From positions 280,379-344,378 of the forward strand of contig JAXHMH010000002.1 of the NCBI GenBank assembly GCA_034521515.1: a stretch of 64,000 nucleotides of DNA. Reading direction: 5' to 3'. This DNA comes from Candidatus Saccharimonadota bacterium (GTDB taxonomy: Bacteria > Patescibacteriota > Saccharimonadia > Saccharimonadales > JAXHMH01). Both the position numbers and the translations under genes were made by a program. Below, piece by piece: positions 9,583 to 21,056 of this stretch (position 1 is its first letter; the number at the start of each line of letters is the position of its first letter). Below the pieces are notes generated by a model. That model made no database searches. It saw nothing but the letters and a program-made list of their open reading frames with translations, and was not told where the DNA came from.

Positions 9583-10049
9583 TAGTTTCTACCCTTAAAT
9601 GTCACAAACATTCGTTATAAATTAACAATCGACGCCTACCTTAGTGGTAAACGCCGATTGTAAGCGGGTGTGACGGTGTAAGAATCCTATAAAACGTGTT
9701 TTACTCTCGCGGGGACAAGATTACGTAAAACAGCGATTTATAGTTGAGTTTTGGCCTGTCGTTCCCTAGCACACATCACCCTGCTGCAATTGAGTAAGAA
9801 GGGAGTTAGATCGGTTACGCCACTTGCTCGGTTATCACATAGGCGTCCATCTAATAGTGATAACGTCAACGCACCCTAACTCAATTGTGCCCACATTATA
9901 GTACTTTTTGTAATTTATGTCAATGCTTGAGCAGCGTTTACTTAAGCAGTTCCGTAAACTCTGCGGGATACTTATGACTTAGGCGTGTGACTGCCGCCTT
10001 CGCAAACCGGACACCAAAATCAATAATCTCTTTTTCTAGTACCTGCATA

Positions 10050-12712
10050 TTATAGTTCGCCCCAGTTTTTGCCGGTTACTACGTCTACATCTAGTTTTAC
10101 AGGTAAGGTGTGAATGCTTTCCATAGTGGTTTTTAGCATGTCGGCCATGCCTTCCGCCTCTGATTCCGGACATTCAATCAGGATACTGTCGTGGATTTGC
10201 AGCAGCTGCTTGCATGGCGTCCCTTCCAGCTTTTTCTGCACTTCTATCATGGCCATTTTCATCAAATCTGCCTCGGTACCTTGTATCGGCATATTAATGG
10301 CAGCGCGTTCAGCTGCTTGGCGCACCGCAAAATTACTAGAGTGAATATCCGGCATTGGGCGACGGCGACCAAACAGTGTCTCCACATAGCCGTCTTCACG
10401 AGCCTTTTCTTTAAGATGATTCATGTACTCCAAAAGTGGTTTGCGTAGCTCGAAATATTTTTCGATAAAGTGCTGGGCGGCATCGCGCGTCATACCCGTA
10501 GCAATACTTAACCCATGTGGGCTCATGCCATAAAGTACACCAAAATTAATCACTTTAGCGTCACGGCGCATGCTCTTGGTCACTTCATCCGGTTGACGAT
10601 TGTACACTTGGGCGGCGGTAGCGGTATGAATATCGGCACCACCATTAAACATCTCGATTAGCTCGGTGTCGTTTGCCAGATATGCTGCCAAGCGGAGTTC
10701 AAACTGCGAGTAGTCAGCACTGATAAGTACCTTGCCTTTGCCGGCCACAAAAGCAGTGCGAATTCTACGGCCGAGATCTGTGCGAGTTGGTATATTTTGT
10801 AAATTAGGGTCGGTGCTGGATAATCGGCCAGTCTGAGCAATTGTCAGGTTAAACGTGGTATGCAAACGCGAGTTCTCGTCAACCATTTCTGGCAAGGTAT
10901 CAACATATGTATTTTTAAGCTTGGTGACCTCACGATAGTGAGTAATTAAATCAATTATTTCATGCTGTCCACGTAGTTTATCTAACTCACTGGCAGCAGT
11001 TGAGTAACTGGTTTTTCCTTTTTTAATACCTTGAGTTGGCAACTTCAGTTTATTGAACAAAATTTCACTCAATTGTGCCGGGCTACCGATGTTAAACTCT
11101 TCGTCAGCATATCCATAAATCTGCTGCTGCAAATCGCTTATCATGTCATCCAGCTCGTCATTCATCTCTTTTAGGTATTTTGTATCTAGCTCAATACCCT
11201 CGTATTCCATGGCTGCAAGCACCGGAATTACTGGCCATTCTATATCGTGCGCAAGTTTTTTAACTTTTGGCAGACTTTCAAGATCTTTGGCTTGCTGTTT
11301 ATATAACTCATTTATAATCGACAGCACTTCACCGCTACGAGTCACCAAATCTTCGTTAGGCATCTCTTCTAGTGATGAGCCTTCGTAGCCCAGGTCAGCA
11401 CTGGCCAGTTCGGTAAGTGTTTGTTCTCTTCTTAAGCTATTAATCAAAAAGGCACCGACCAGTACATCATGGCCAACATTATGCAGTTGTACTCCAATCG
11501 AATAACAAGCCTTGATAAATGACTTAACATCATAGCCAACCAGCTTCATTGCCGGTAATAAAGCTGCCAAAACAGTCTTGAGCTTATCTGCCGACACCTT
11601 ATCTACGTCAATAACGTACACTGTCTTTCCATCAAAACTAAGTAGCAAGAATTTTGGGTCACGGCCGTGCTTACCAGCGCATCGAGCGTGCACCAGAACA
11701 CTTTCTGACTCAATCCCAGCTATTTTATCTAGAGCCTTGTCTGACTGAATCACAATATGTTTCAAGGGCTTGTTATTCGCATCAGACAAATCAACTTCAT
11801 GGTGTTCTAACACCTGCATAGCTTCAGGTAATTGCCTTACCAAAGTGCGAAACTCAAATTTTTGGAGTGATTCACGTATCTTGTGCGGATCGCAGTTTTT
11901 TACGTCTAAGTTCTTTAAATCAAGCTTGATAGGCGCATCCGTCCAGAGCGCTCCGATTTTTTTGCTCAAATATGCAAGATCTTTACCAGCTACTAATTTT
12001 TTGCGCACACTTTCTTTAATCAGGTCGATGTTTTCATAAACTCCGTCTAGAGTTTTATGATCCTGGAGCAAAGCAACGGCTGTTTTTTCACCAATTCCCG
12101 GAACACCTGGAATATTATCCGAACTATCGCCTTTGAGTGCTTTTAGATCCAAAAATTGTTCCGGCTCTAACCCATATTTCGCCGTGAAGCTTTTTGGACT
12201 GTATAGCTCAATGTTACTTAAGCCTTTTTTAAGCGCAAACACGTGCACGTGCGGATCGATTATTTGAAGCATATCCAGATCAGACGTTACCAACATTGTT
12301 TCGATGTCCTTTTGTTGTAGCTTGAACCGCTGAAGCTGCCCATAATATCGTCCGCCTCATAATCATCTAGCTCATATAGCGGCCAGCCAAAGGCCTGCAA
12401 TAACTCCTGTAATAATGGGATTTGTTCATAAAAATCTGGTGGTGGTGGTTTGCGGCCAGCTTTATATTCGGGGTATATCTCGACACGTTTACGTATATTA
12501 GTTTTGGGCTTATCCCACGCCACACAAACATAGTCTGGCTTAAGCCGCTTGATTACTTCTAGTGCCATAACCGCAAAACCAAAAACCCCGCCAGTTGGCG
12601 TACCATCTTTTGTGCTCAAATACGGCATCGCATAATAACCACGATAAAAAACACTCTTGCCATCTATAATGGCGAGTTTTTTCTTCCTAGTATTCACCGC
12701 CGACTCACTCAT
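10050..12712 (-). pseudogene. polA: DNA polymerase I, split into two ORFs by a frame break inside the 5'-nuclease domain
   Basis: ORF 12287-12712 carries the 5'-nuclease N-terminal half (ending EADDIMGS). ORF 10050-12296 continues with LVTSDLDMLQ, the H3TH motif GIGEKTA and polymerase motifs DYSQFELR and RRDAKVINFGVLYG. The frames join if one A is added to the AAAA run at 12310-12313. Confidence 0.7.
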
Positions 12713-12930
12713 ACTGCACCTCCTGTGGAGGTAATTTTCAATTTACAATTAACAATGTTCAATGATTTAACAATTTCCAGTCTACTCGCCCGGCTCTTGT
12801 ACGTTCTAACCACAAAGGTGTTCGCCGCTACTAAGAAACAGACATCCTGAATATATTGCACACATTTAGTACGACACCTAGCGTATATCATGCCTTCAAG
12901 TATACGCTACCGCCTTAGAGTTGAATATTA

Positions 12931-13449
12931 CTACTGGTTAGTCTTTTCAGTAACTATCCTATCTAGGCGCACATCATGAGCTTCAACTGGTATTTTATCT
13001 ACTTTGCTAAGCTCAAACGCCAGCCCAATTTTTTGTGCACTTAGATGCGATGCCAAAAACTTGTCGTAGTAACCGCCACCGTACCCAAGCCTATTATTAT
13101 TTGTATCAAATCCCAAGCAAGGCACTAAAACAACATCCAGCTTGGGCAGTTCAGATATTATTTTAAACTCGCCTGCTTCCAACAACCCGTGCTGCCAGCT
13201 ACTTTCAACTTTTCTTGACGTAAAAACTTTAATCTGCGGATAATTATCCTCAAGGTAAGCAAATATAGCGATAGTATCCGGTTCATTCATTTCAGCGATA
13301 GATGTAAAACAGTGCAGAGCCGAAACACTGCCCCAATCAATAATCTGCTTTACCCGCTCAACAATCACCCCACTTTTATTTCTCACATCATTAGGCATAA
13401 GAGATCGACGCTTGTTCAGTAGTTTTTGACGTAGTGATTTTTTAGTCAT
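12931..13449 (-). CDS. 5-formyltetrahydrofolate cyclo-ligase
   Basis: VLVPCLGFDTNNNRLGYGGGYYDKFL is the family signature. Confidence 0.85.
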   Translation of the reverse strand: MTKKSLRQKLLNKRRSLMPNDVRNKSGVIVERVKQIIDWGSVSALHCFTSIAEMNEPDTIAIFAYLEDNYPQIKVFTSRKVESSWQHGLLEAGEFKIISELPKLDVVLVPCLGFDTNNNRLGYGGGYYDKFLASHLSAQKIGLAFELSKVDKIPVEAHDVRLDRIVTEKTNQ

Positions 13450-13501
13450 ACAGACTAGTGTAATTTAAATGGTTCTTGAAACCATGCATATTTGCTACTC
13501 T

Positions 13502-14071
13502 ATGTCTGTGAAAGATGTAAAAATTATCGCTTTAGTGGGCATGCCGGGTTCTGGTAAAGGAACCTGTACGGATTATTTGCATGAAAAGTACGGTTATCCC
13601 GTCGTACATTTTGGCAATATGGTATATGAAGAGGTTCAGCGACGCGGACTAGATAACGTAAAAGATGAAAAGTTTGTCCGGGAAGACATGCGCAAACAAG
13701 AGGGGTCAGCTGTACTAGCCAAGCATGCGTCTAAAAAAGCTGATGACTACCTAGCTAATAATTTGGAAACGGTGGTATTTGACGGACTTTACAGTTGGAG
13801 CGAATTTAAGTACTTGTCAAAAAAATACGGATCTAGCCTGCTGGTTATCGCCGTTGCTGCCCCGCGCCAAGAACGCTACAGACGAATACTCGACCGACAT
13901 GATTCACATCGCAAGTACAAATCCCCAGACCAAATCGAAGAGCGCGACATTGCAGAAATAGAAAATTTAGAAAAAGGTGGCCCGATTGCTTTTGCAGACT
14001 ACACAATAGTAAACGACAAAACGCTTGATGATATGCTTATCAAACTCAAATCAATCATAGAAAACCAATGA
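13502..14071 (+). CDS. P-loop nucleotide kinase (UPF0200 / dephospho-CoA-kinase-like family)
   Basis: Walker A GMPGSGKGT near the N-terminus, and the size and layout of small nucleotide kinases. The ORF opens at 13469, but Met at 13502 is the likelier start. Confidence 0.55.
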   Translation: MSVKDVKIIALVGMPGSGKGTCTDYLHEKYGYPVVHFGNMVYEEVQRRGLDNVKDEKFVREDMRKQEGSAVLAKHASKKADDYLANNLETVVFDGLYSWSEFKYLSKKYGSSLLVIAVAAPRQERYRRILDRHDSHRKYKSPDQIEERDIAEIENLEKGGPIAFADYTIVNDKTLDDMLIKLKSIIENQ

Positions 14072-14252
14072 CTATCCCAAGGATGCGAGACGTTGCGCTT
14101 GGATGCAGTGCACGAAAAGGCGCGAAGCACGGATCAAGACGTATTGAAATACGGCGAGGGAGTACTGGAACGGCTGACACAGCAATGCGCCAAGAAGCCA
14201 GTAGTGTTTCTGGCTCTGCCAGAAAGCAGGCTGGCTGGGGCGCAGCGTCTCG

Positions 14253-15344
14253 CTATTTTATGTAATCGTGCAGTCGTTTACTGTCACGGTGTTTCCGCAG
14301 CTTGGCAAGAGCTTTGGCCTCGATCTGGCGAATACGTTCGCGGGTAACTGAAAATTCCTGGCCTACCTCTTCTAAAGTGTGGTTTTTGCCATCCTCTAGG
14401 CCGAATCGCAATTTTAGGATCTTTTGTTCGCGCTCGGTCAGACTACCTAACATATCTTTAACGTGCTCTTTAAGTAACTGTCCGGTAGCCGATTCTTCCG
14501 GGCTAGCCGTGTCTTCATCTTCAATGAAATCCCCAAGAACTGAATCTTCCTCATCGTCACGTACACTTGCATCAAGACTTGATATGTCTTGCTTAATTTT
14601 CATAATGTGTACCACTTTTTCGACCTCAATCTCCATCGCATCGGCAATCTCTTTGTTGGTTGGCTCACGGTTTAACTCCTGGGTTAACCGACGTTGAGTG
14701 CGTAAGAGCTTATTAATCGTCTCTACCATATGCACCGGAATGCGAATTGTTCGTGCTTGATCCGCAATTGCTCGAGTAATCGCCTGGCGTATCCACCACG
14801 TAGCGTAGGTGCTAAACTTAAAGCCTTTATCAGGATCAAACTTTTCAACTGCTCGCAACAGCCCGGTGTTCCCTTCTTGTATAAGGTCGAGCAAGTCAAG
14901 ACCACGGCCGACATAACGTTTGGCAATAGATACTACAAGCCGCATATTGGCTTCTGCCATTTTGTCTTTGGCGCGTTTATCGCCTGAAACGACTTTTTGC
15001 GCCAACTCCAGTTCTTCTTCGGCTGTCAGAAGAGGTATCTTCCCAATTTCGCGTAAATACAACCGTACAGAATCATCGGCCACGTCATCAATATAAGCTT
15101 GCGCTTGAGCGTTCACCTCATCTTCATCGTCTTCTACCCATTCATCTGTAAATGCGCCGCCAGCGACACCCGTGATAGCAATTCCAGAATCAGCCAACTC
15201 TGTATACAAGCTATCCAGCACGTCGGCGTTATCTGGTGTATCGGGTATGGCGGCAAAAATTTCCTTTTGATCTAATTTGTTTGCTTTTTTGGCCTTCTCA
15301 AGCAATTCATTCTTTGCGTTTTCTAAAGCGCCATCTTCAGCCAT
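14253..15344 (-). CDS. rpoD: primary RNA polymerase sigma factor (sigma-70 family)
   Basis: Region 2 [27 protein letters not shown], region 4 [24 protein letters not shown], and the position downstream of dnaG. Confidence 0.9.
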   Translation of the reverse strand: MAEDGALENAKNELLEKAKKANKLDQKEIFAAIPDTPDNADVLDSLYTELADSGIAITGVAGGAFTDEWVEDDEDEVNAQAQAYIDDVADDSVRLYLREIGKIPLLTAEEELELAQKVVSGDKRAKDKMAEANMRLVVSIAKRYVGRGLDLLDLIQEGNTGLLRAVEKFDPDKGFKFSTYATWWIRQAITRAIADQARTIRIPVHMVETINKLLRTQRRLTQELNREPTNKEIADAMEIEVEKVVHIMKIKQDISSLDASVRDDEEDSVLGDFIEDEDTASPEESATGQLLKEHVKDMLGSLTEREQKILKLRFGLEDGKNHTLEEVGQEFSVTRERIRQIEAKALAKLRKHRDSKRLHDYIK

Positions 15345-17310
15345 TCATGGCCTCCTTCTGTTTATCCATTAATAATGCATCAAGTTCTCGAACTTCTTCG
15401 AGTAATTGTTTTGTTCGTGTTTCATTTGCGTTTTCTAACTCTTTGGTTAGCGAAAGTTTTTTCGTTCTGACATATTGTTCTATCAGTCGAGTTCTAAGCC
15501 GCCGAGCTTCATACTCGAGCTCCAGCTCGTCGATATCTTGATAGAGTGTCTCGTATTGTAACCCCAATATTTTAACATACTCCTCCAAACCACGCAGCGT
15601 GTCGCCCTGCTGACGAGCAGAGCTCGACACTCTGGCGTCACTGTCGGCACTCCGCTGTGTTGTATCCTCCGCTACTCCCTCGCCGTATTCTATATGCGGC
15701 TCGATCCGTTGCTCGGTTTCGCCGTGCGTAGCACTCGGCTGCGTGTTTTGGGCTGCAGTTTTGAGTTTGGATAAATTTTTGCCGTTAAAGTCTGGATTGT
15801 TGCGCAAAAACTCAAGCAAAGTTCGAGCTTGTTCAACTGGAAGCATTTGCTTATCTATGCCCTGAATAAATGTGCGCAAAGACGGCTTATAAAACATAAT
15901 CGCAAGTAAGTGATCCTGTAATTTATTCAGTTCTACCAGTGCTTTTTCCGCCTGCTGCGGCGAAGCGGTCTTTTTCTGCTTTAGACGCGATTGATTATTA
16001 GTTGATGACTCACGCAATTTTGTACGCATAGCCTCCTCACTAACACCTACACGTTCAGCCAATTTTTGTAGGTAATGATCTTGTTCTACACTATCTTTGA
16101 GCTGGCGTACTACAGCTAGCAATGTATCGCTAAAACGACGTTTCCCTTCAGCGGTACTTAAGTTTTCGTTGACTGCGTGCCGCTCAATCAACCAGTCAAG
16201 CGCATACTGATTTTGTCCGAGTATCTTTTCCCAAAGCTTAGGATCTTTCTTAATTAAATCATCTGGGTCTTTGCCGTCTGGTATTGTAATGATACTTAGT
16301 GAAACGTCCGTTTTGCTAGCCAGCGGAATTGTACGTTCTGCAGCAGCCTGACCCGCTTTATCTTGATCAAATGCAATACGTATGTCCGTAGTTAAGCGTC
16401 CTAGTGTCTTAAGATGCGATTCTGTCATTGCGGTTCCTGCAGTAGCTACAACCTGTTTAATGCCGGCTTGGTGGCTGGCAATAACATCCAAGTTCCCTTC
16501 AACCACAACTGCAAACTTACTTAGCCTAATAGCCTCTTTAGCCAGATGCAAACCAAACACATGTCGACCTTTGTCATACAGTAGTGTCTGCGGTGTATTG
16601 ATGTACTTTGGTGCATCGGGGTCATCGACCAATAATCTTGCCGTAAACCCAATCACTCTACCCTGCGCATCCATTAGCGGTACCATAATCCGGCCTCTAA
16701 ACATATCTCCTGCCCCACGATATCGATGCGTGATTAGACCGGCTTTTTTCATTTCTTCTTCAGAAAAGCCTTGTTTTTTTAGAAATTTCATAAGCGCATC
16801 GCCAGTATTTGGTGCATAGCCAAGCCTAAATGCCAGCGCCACTTCCTTAGTAAATTTCCGCTTTTTAAAAACATAATCAAGTGCGTTGCTGTTCTTAGAA
16901 AACTGTACCTGATAAAACTTAGCCGCCTGATCAAGAGCTGAATATAATCGTTCTTTTAGCTTACTTCTGTCGGCCGAGTGACCGCTACGATATTGGCTCA
17001 AGTCAAGTCCGGCTTTACGGGCAAGCAGTTCCAGTGCACCCTTAAAATCAAGCCCCTCCATCTCCATGACAAAGCTAAACGCATCACCGCCTTTACCGCT
17101 GCTAAAATCGTGCCATATCTGTTTTTCTGGGCTAACCATAAAACTCGGCGTCTTCTCGTTACTAAACGGGCTGAGCCCTTTATAGTTACGCCCAGAACGT
17201 TTTAATTGCACGTATTCGCTTACTACGTCCTCAATACTCAAACGAGTCTTTATGTCTTCTACAGCATCCATCAGTCGCTCCCCCCAGGAGCCCCAATTTT
17301 CAATGTCCAA
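15337..17310 (-). CDS. dnaG: DNA primase
   Basis: Primase N-terminal domain [30 protein letters not shown] and Toprim region [10 protein letters not shown], in the dnaG-rpoD operon order. The start could be Met14 (17271). Confidence 0.9.
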   Translation of the reverse strand: MDIENWGSWGERLMDAVEDIKTRLSIEDVVSEYVQLKRSGRNYKGLSPFSNEKTPSFMVSPEKQIWHDFSSGKGGDAFSFVMEMEGLDFKGALELLARKAGLDLSQYRSGHSADRSKLKERLYSALDQAAKFYQVQFSKNSNALDYVFKKRKFTKEVALAFRLGYAPNTGDALMKFLKKQGFSEEEMKKAGLITHRYRGAGDMFRGRIMVPLMDAQGRVIGFTARLLVDDPDAPKYINTPQTLLYDKGRHVFGLHLAKEAIRLSKFAVVVEGNLDVIASHQAGIKQVVATAGTAMTESHLKTLGRLTTDIRIAFDQDKAGQAAAERTIPLASKTDVSLSIITIPDGKDPDDLIKKDPKLWEKILGQNQYALDWLIERHAVNENLSTAEGKRRFSDTLLAVVRQLKDSVEQDHYLQKLAERVGVSEEAMRTKLRESSTNNQSRLKQKKTASPQQAEKALVELNKLQDHLLAIMFYKPSLRTFIQGIDKQMLPVEQARTLLEFLRNNPDFNGKNLSKLKTAAQNTQPSATHGETEQRIEPHIEYGEGVAEDTTQRSADSDARVSSSARQQGDTLRGLEEYVKILGLQYETLYQDIDELELEYEARRLRTRLIEQYVRTKKLSLTKELENANETRTKQLLEEVRELDALLMDKQKEAMNG

Positions 17311-17495
17311 TTTTCAATAGCCGATAAAACATCGGGTAGCAACTTATGATATTCCCAGAAAGACCTCTCAACCATCATACCCACAGTTTAAAGTGAAACG
17401 GATAAAGTAGAAAGCATGAAAGGAAAGCTTGGTTTCTGCAAAGTGAATTTACTCTATTTTTAACTTTTAACTTTATGACTTTCCACTCTTAAGCT

Positions 17496-18095
17496 ATGCT
17501 TATGGTAATGCAAAACGAACAAGATCAATACGATTTTATTTTAAACGATAAAAAAGGTTCCAAAAAAAGCTTACTACCCGCCATGGATCCCAAAAAGAAA
17601 CGCCTGCTCTTAATATTTGGGGGTGGCGTATTATTTATCACACTTATAGTTATTATTTTTGGACTCATTAGCAGCTTAAACAACAAAGACCGAGAGTTTT
17701 TAATTAACATGGTGCAACAACACGCTGAGATTGTGCGCGTGGCAGAGATTGGGGAGGATAAAGCACGCAATCAGGCAACCCGTAATCTTGCCGTTACTAC
17801 TAAACTAGCCCTGCAATCATCACAAGACGACATAGTAAACATAGCTAATAAAACTGGTAAAGTCAGCAGCGCGGATATTGCTGGCGGCATGAGCGTTCAA
17901 ACAGACGAAGAGCTCGAAACCGCCGAACAAAACAACAGTTTTGACGAGGCGTTCGAAGAGATATTGTATGAACTCCTTGAAGAATATCGGGCAACTCTTG
18001 TTGAAGCTTATGATATTTCCACCTCAGAAGCTAACAAGCAAGTTTATAGCGATACTTTCAATCAAATTCGCGCTCTACTCCCGCCTGAAGATTAA
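17496..18095 (+). CDS. membrane-anchored hypothetical protein
   Basis: A single N-terminal transmembrane helix (LLLIFGGGVLFITLIVIIFGLI). No recognisable family. Confidence 0.5.
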   Translation: MLMVMQNEQDQYDFILNDKKGSKKSLLPAMDPKKKRLLLIFGGGVLFITLIVIIFGLISSLNNKDREFLINMVQQHAEIVRVAEIGEDKARNQATRNLAVTTKLALQSSQDDIVNIANKTGKVSSADIAGGMSVQTDEELETAEQNNSFDEAFEEILYELLEEYRATLVEAYDISTSEANKQVYSDTFNQIRALLPPED

Positions 18096-18203
18096 CCAAA
18101 TAAAACTCTAGCAACTTATTAAATAATCGCTAATCAGTGCCGAGTTAAAGGCGCTTCACCCGATAAAAATACTGCTTATTGATACAGTTGTTTTGCAGTG
18201 GTG

Positions 18204-18611
18204 TCAAATTTTTGGAATTTCGGTTCCGGCTTTTGTAACTAAATCGTAGCTATGCCTAATAAAACCTTGAATTTCTTCCCACGGCAATTGGCCACTTAAA
18301 ATAATCGTGTTCCAGTGTTTTTTGTTTAGATGATAACCCTCCAGCACGGTCTCGTATTTTTCACGTAGTAGCTTGGCGAGCTGCGGATCACACTTGAGAC
18401 TTAGCCGAACTGGGTCTTTCCCCTCCGCCACCAATGCAAACATCTTCCACTCGCCCTGCGCTACATCAACGTCCGCGCCACCGGACGGCACAAAAACTTT
18501 ATACACGGCCACTTCCTCGCCAAAAGGATAATCCAACTTGGTATTTGGCATACTTAGTAAGTACTCTTCAACAGTCTTATGATCCACAGTTAACTTTGCT
18601 CCTTGAGCCAA
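18204..18611 (-). CDS. YjbR/MmcQ family protein
   Basis: KLDYPFGEEVAVYKV...KMFALV...LKCDP...GYHLNKKHWNTI matches the family pattern. Confidence 0.7.
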   Translation of the reverse strand: MAQGAKLTVDHKTVEEYLLSMPNTKLDYPFGEEVAVYKVFVPSGGADVDVAQGEWKMFALVAEGKDPVRLSLKCDPQLAKLLREKYETVLEGYHLNKKHWNTIILSGQLPWEEIQGFIRHSYDLVTKAGTEIPKI

Positions 18612-19147
18612 TTTAGGTAGTGCTCTAGCTCGGCTATTGAGGCTTGTATGTCATCGAAGGCGCGATGAACTTCTTGTTTTTCAAACACTACGCCGTATTT
18701 GCCTTGCATTAGAACCTTAAGGGCACTTACATCCAACATGCGGTAATGAAGCTTTAAATCAAGCGACGGCCACCAACGGGCAATAAATTTTCGATCATTA
18801 TGGATCGAGTTACCCGCTAGTATTGCCGGTTCATCGCCAAAATGTTTCTTAACCAGCTCTATAAGCTCATCCTCGACCACCCCAAGCGGCTGAGCCTCGT
18901 TAAGCTTATCCAAAAAATCGTCACGGTTTGCTGGGTAATCCTTCCACCAGACATTGGCTTGCATGCGGTTGACCACCGTATTGCGGTTGCCGCCGCGCAC
19001 TCGCGCCTCATAAGACTCTAGTGTCTTGAAGTTAAAATCCGTCACCTCCACGGCGACCTCCAAAATCACGTCCTTATCAGGGTCAAGCCCAGTCATCTCC
19101 AAATCCATCCATAGTAACTTCGTTGGTACAGGGTTTGTGTTCTTCAT
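18590..19147 (-). CDS. orn: oligoribonuclease
   Basis: LLWMDLEMTGLDPDKDVILEVA (DEDD exo I motif) plus the later H-x4-D motif HRAFDDI. Confidence 0.85.
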   Translation of the reverse strand: MKNTNPVPTKLLWMDLEMTGLDPDKDVILEVAVEVTDFNFKTLESYEARVRGGNRNTVVNRMQANVWWKDYPANRDDFLDKLNEAQPLGVVEDELIELVKKHFGDEPAILAGNSIHNDRKFIARWWPSLDLKLHYRMLDVSALKVLMQGKYGVVFEKQEVHRAFDDIQASIAELEHYLNWLKEQS

Positions 19148-19809
19148 TTAATTCTCCTTATAAGTCTCGGGTTTTTCTGGACAAATCTATGCACCCAGGG
19201 CGCAATAAAACCTCTCTTTGGTTTATCAATATACTGTACTGCAGCAACTGCCACAACCAATGCGCCTACAGCATTCACAATCATATCCCACATTGTATCG
19301 TCGAGATCACGCTGCATATTAAATCCAAGCAAACCATCAACCACAAATTCATAAATCTCCCAGATAGCTCCTAGAGCTACCGCAAACAAAAATATACATA
19401 TGCCGATAAACCACCTGCCAGCACGAATTTTTCTCTGACGCATGTTCAGGTACAGTGCCAAAAATCCGGCAAACCCAAGTATAAATCCTGCACTTATATG
19501 CAGCATTGCATCCCACCACCAAAACTGGTAATAAGCCCCGCCAACACTACCTAAAAATACCGACAGATAGACAAACAGCGCCAGAATCAGATCAAACTCA
19601 ACCGGTAATTTAATACTTATCTTTGAACTAATAAACGCCGGAAGAAGCATAAGTATAAGAGTTAACATATAAAAGAAAAGCTCTTCCCACATACTGGCGC
19701 TAAAGGCCACAAAAATTGCTGCCACAACCGAAAGACGCAAAAATGTCACAAAATAATGCATTATCCGATGTTCAATCGGCCACTCACGTTTCGGCAATAT
19801 ACCAATCAT
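19144..19809 (-). CDS. multi-pass membrane protein (possibly DUF2238/YjdF-like)
   Basis: Several hydrophobic helices. The motif DDTMWDMIVNAVGA resembles the YjdF family, recalled from memory only. Confidence 0.5.
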   Translation of the reverse strand: MIGILPKREWPIEHRIMHYFVTFLRLSVVAAIFVAFSASMWEELFFYMLTLILMLLPAFISSKISIKLPVEFDLILALFVYLSVFLGSVGGAYYQFWWWDAMLHISAGFILGFAGFLALYLNMRQRKIRAGRWFIGICIFLFAVALGAIWEIYEFVVDGLLGFNMQRDLDDTMWDMIVNAVGALVVAVAAVQYIDKPKRGFIAPWVHRFVQKNPRLIRRIK

Positions 19810-19833
19810 GCCTTGATTATACCCTAACCTGCC

Positions 19834-21012
19834 TTAGCGAAGCTGCTGTAATGTTTGTTGCCAATTCATACGCTCCTCAACCGCTCGTTGAACCTCAGCT
19901 GGTGCGCGTTCTGTTACAATCTTATATCCGTTTACACTAGCTATCATGTCAAACTCAAAATCCGGGTTAAACTTTTCTAGCCTTTGATCACGAGCCATCT
20001 CTAAACAATTATTTATTCGTTTATGAGCTTCACATTTATCACCAAGTTCGACCCAACGCTTAATATTATCGGTATAGTCAAGCTTCATTGTTACGTCAAT
20101 ATTGGCAGCTCGATTAGTCTCCTTATCAAGCTGATCAAAAATAAAATTACCGGTTGAATACACAATCAACTTGTCTTTATACGCCTCAGTATTTTGTACC
20201 CAATGTGGGTTGTTGCCTATAACAAACTCGGCTCCGAGGTCAATTAGTTTACGATTAAGCTCCACTTGGTCTGACTGCGCCGTTGCATAGTATTCAAGAC
20301 CCGAGTGAGTAAAAGCAAACACCGGCATAACTTCTGCGTAATCTTCCATAACCTCGAGCTCACCGGGCTGCGGTTCACGTAAAAAATAGTGCCAGGCACA
20401 GAATGCAAACGGCAAAGCTGAGGCTTGTTCAGCTCCATCAGACATCTGTAGTCTGACTGGCAGGTCAACAACCCTGCAGGTTTCGTCTTTTACCGCTGGA
20501 TCATAGTGGCCAAATGCCTGGCTCTCTGTCTCATCAAACCGCTCCTGTGTCTCGCGGAAGGCCTCCTCACCCAGGTCTCCAGAGTGATTATTGGCGAGAT
20601 TTATCAGATTAAAATACTTAGTCACACCGGGCATGAATTTAGGAGGACAATTAAACGTTAGTGTGTTCACTTGCTCACGGAAAGACAGTTGCCTGTCAGT
20701 TACGGGACACTCAAAATCCACAGACCAAGCGTCGTATTTTTCCGGCGAAAACGTATCAAGCCTAGAGAACGGTTGCATAGGATCACCGAAAGCTTGCTGC
20801 TCAACACCACGAGCCGGCACGATAGTTCCGCTTAATAGGTACCGCCCTTCAACTGTTTCAAATTGAAGCTCCTCGCTATTGGCCGGTGTTTTCTTCGTGA
20901 CACTCTCATCACTGGTTGATGAGTTTAGATCAGCATAATAGTACATAGCAACAAAGCCGGCCGCTACAAGCAGACCAATAATAACGATAATTCCAAGTGT
21001 CTTGCGCTTCAT
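19834..21012 (-). CDS. CapA-like metallophosphoesterase, membrane-anchored
   Basis: N-terminal transmembrane helix, LANNHSGDLGEEAF, and a later GNNPHWVQ motif. Confidence 0.6.
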   Translation of the reverse strand: MKRKTLGIIVIIGLLVAAGFVAMYYYADLNSSTSDESVTKKTPANSEELQFETVEGRYLLSGTIVPARGVEQQAFGDPMQPFSRLDTFSPEKYDAWSVDFECPVTDRQLSFREQVNTLTFNCPPKFMPGVTKYFNLINLANNHSGDLGEEAFRETQERFDETESQAFGHYDPAVKDETCRVVDLPVRLQMSDGAEQASALPFAFCAWHYFLREPQPGELEVMEDYAEVMPVFAFTHSGLEYYATAQSDQVELNRKLIDLGAEFVIGNNPHWVQNTEAYKDKLIVYSTGNFIFDQLDKETNRAANIDVTMKLDYTDNIKRWVELGDKCEAHKRINNCLEMARDQRLEKFNPDFEFDMIASVNGYKIVTERAPAEVQRAVEERMNWQQTLQQLR

Positions 21013-21056
21013 TACTCCCCTTATAATGTTCTATTATAACGTGACCTTGCCATGAG

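Noticed and set aside
14068-14347. ORFs 14068-14265 and 14093-14347 between the kinase gene and rpoD
   Set aside because: They overlap the rpoD 3' end on the opposite strand, or sit in a short convergent gap that contains a hairpin (TTTCTGGC/GCCAGAAA at 14207-14225). They have no ribosome-binding site and an Arg/Ala-rich composition.
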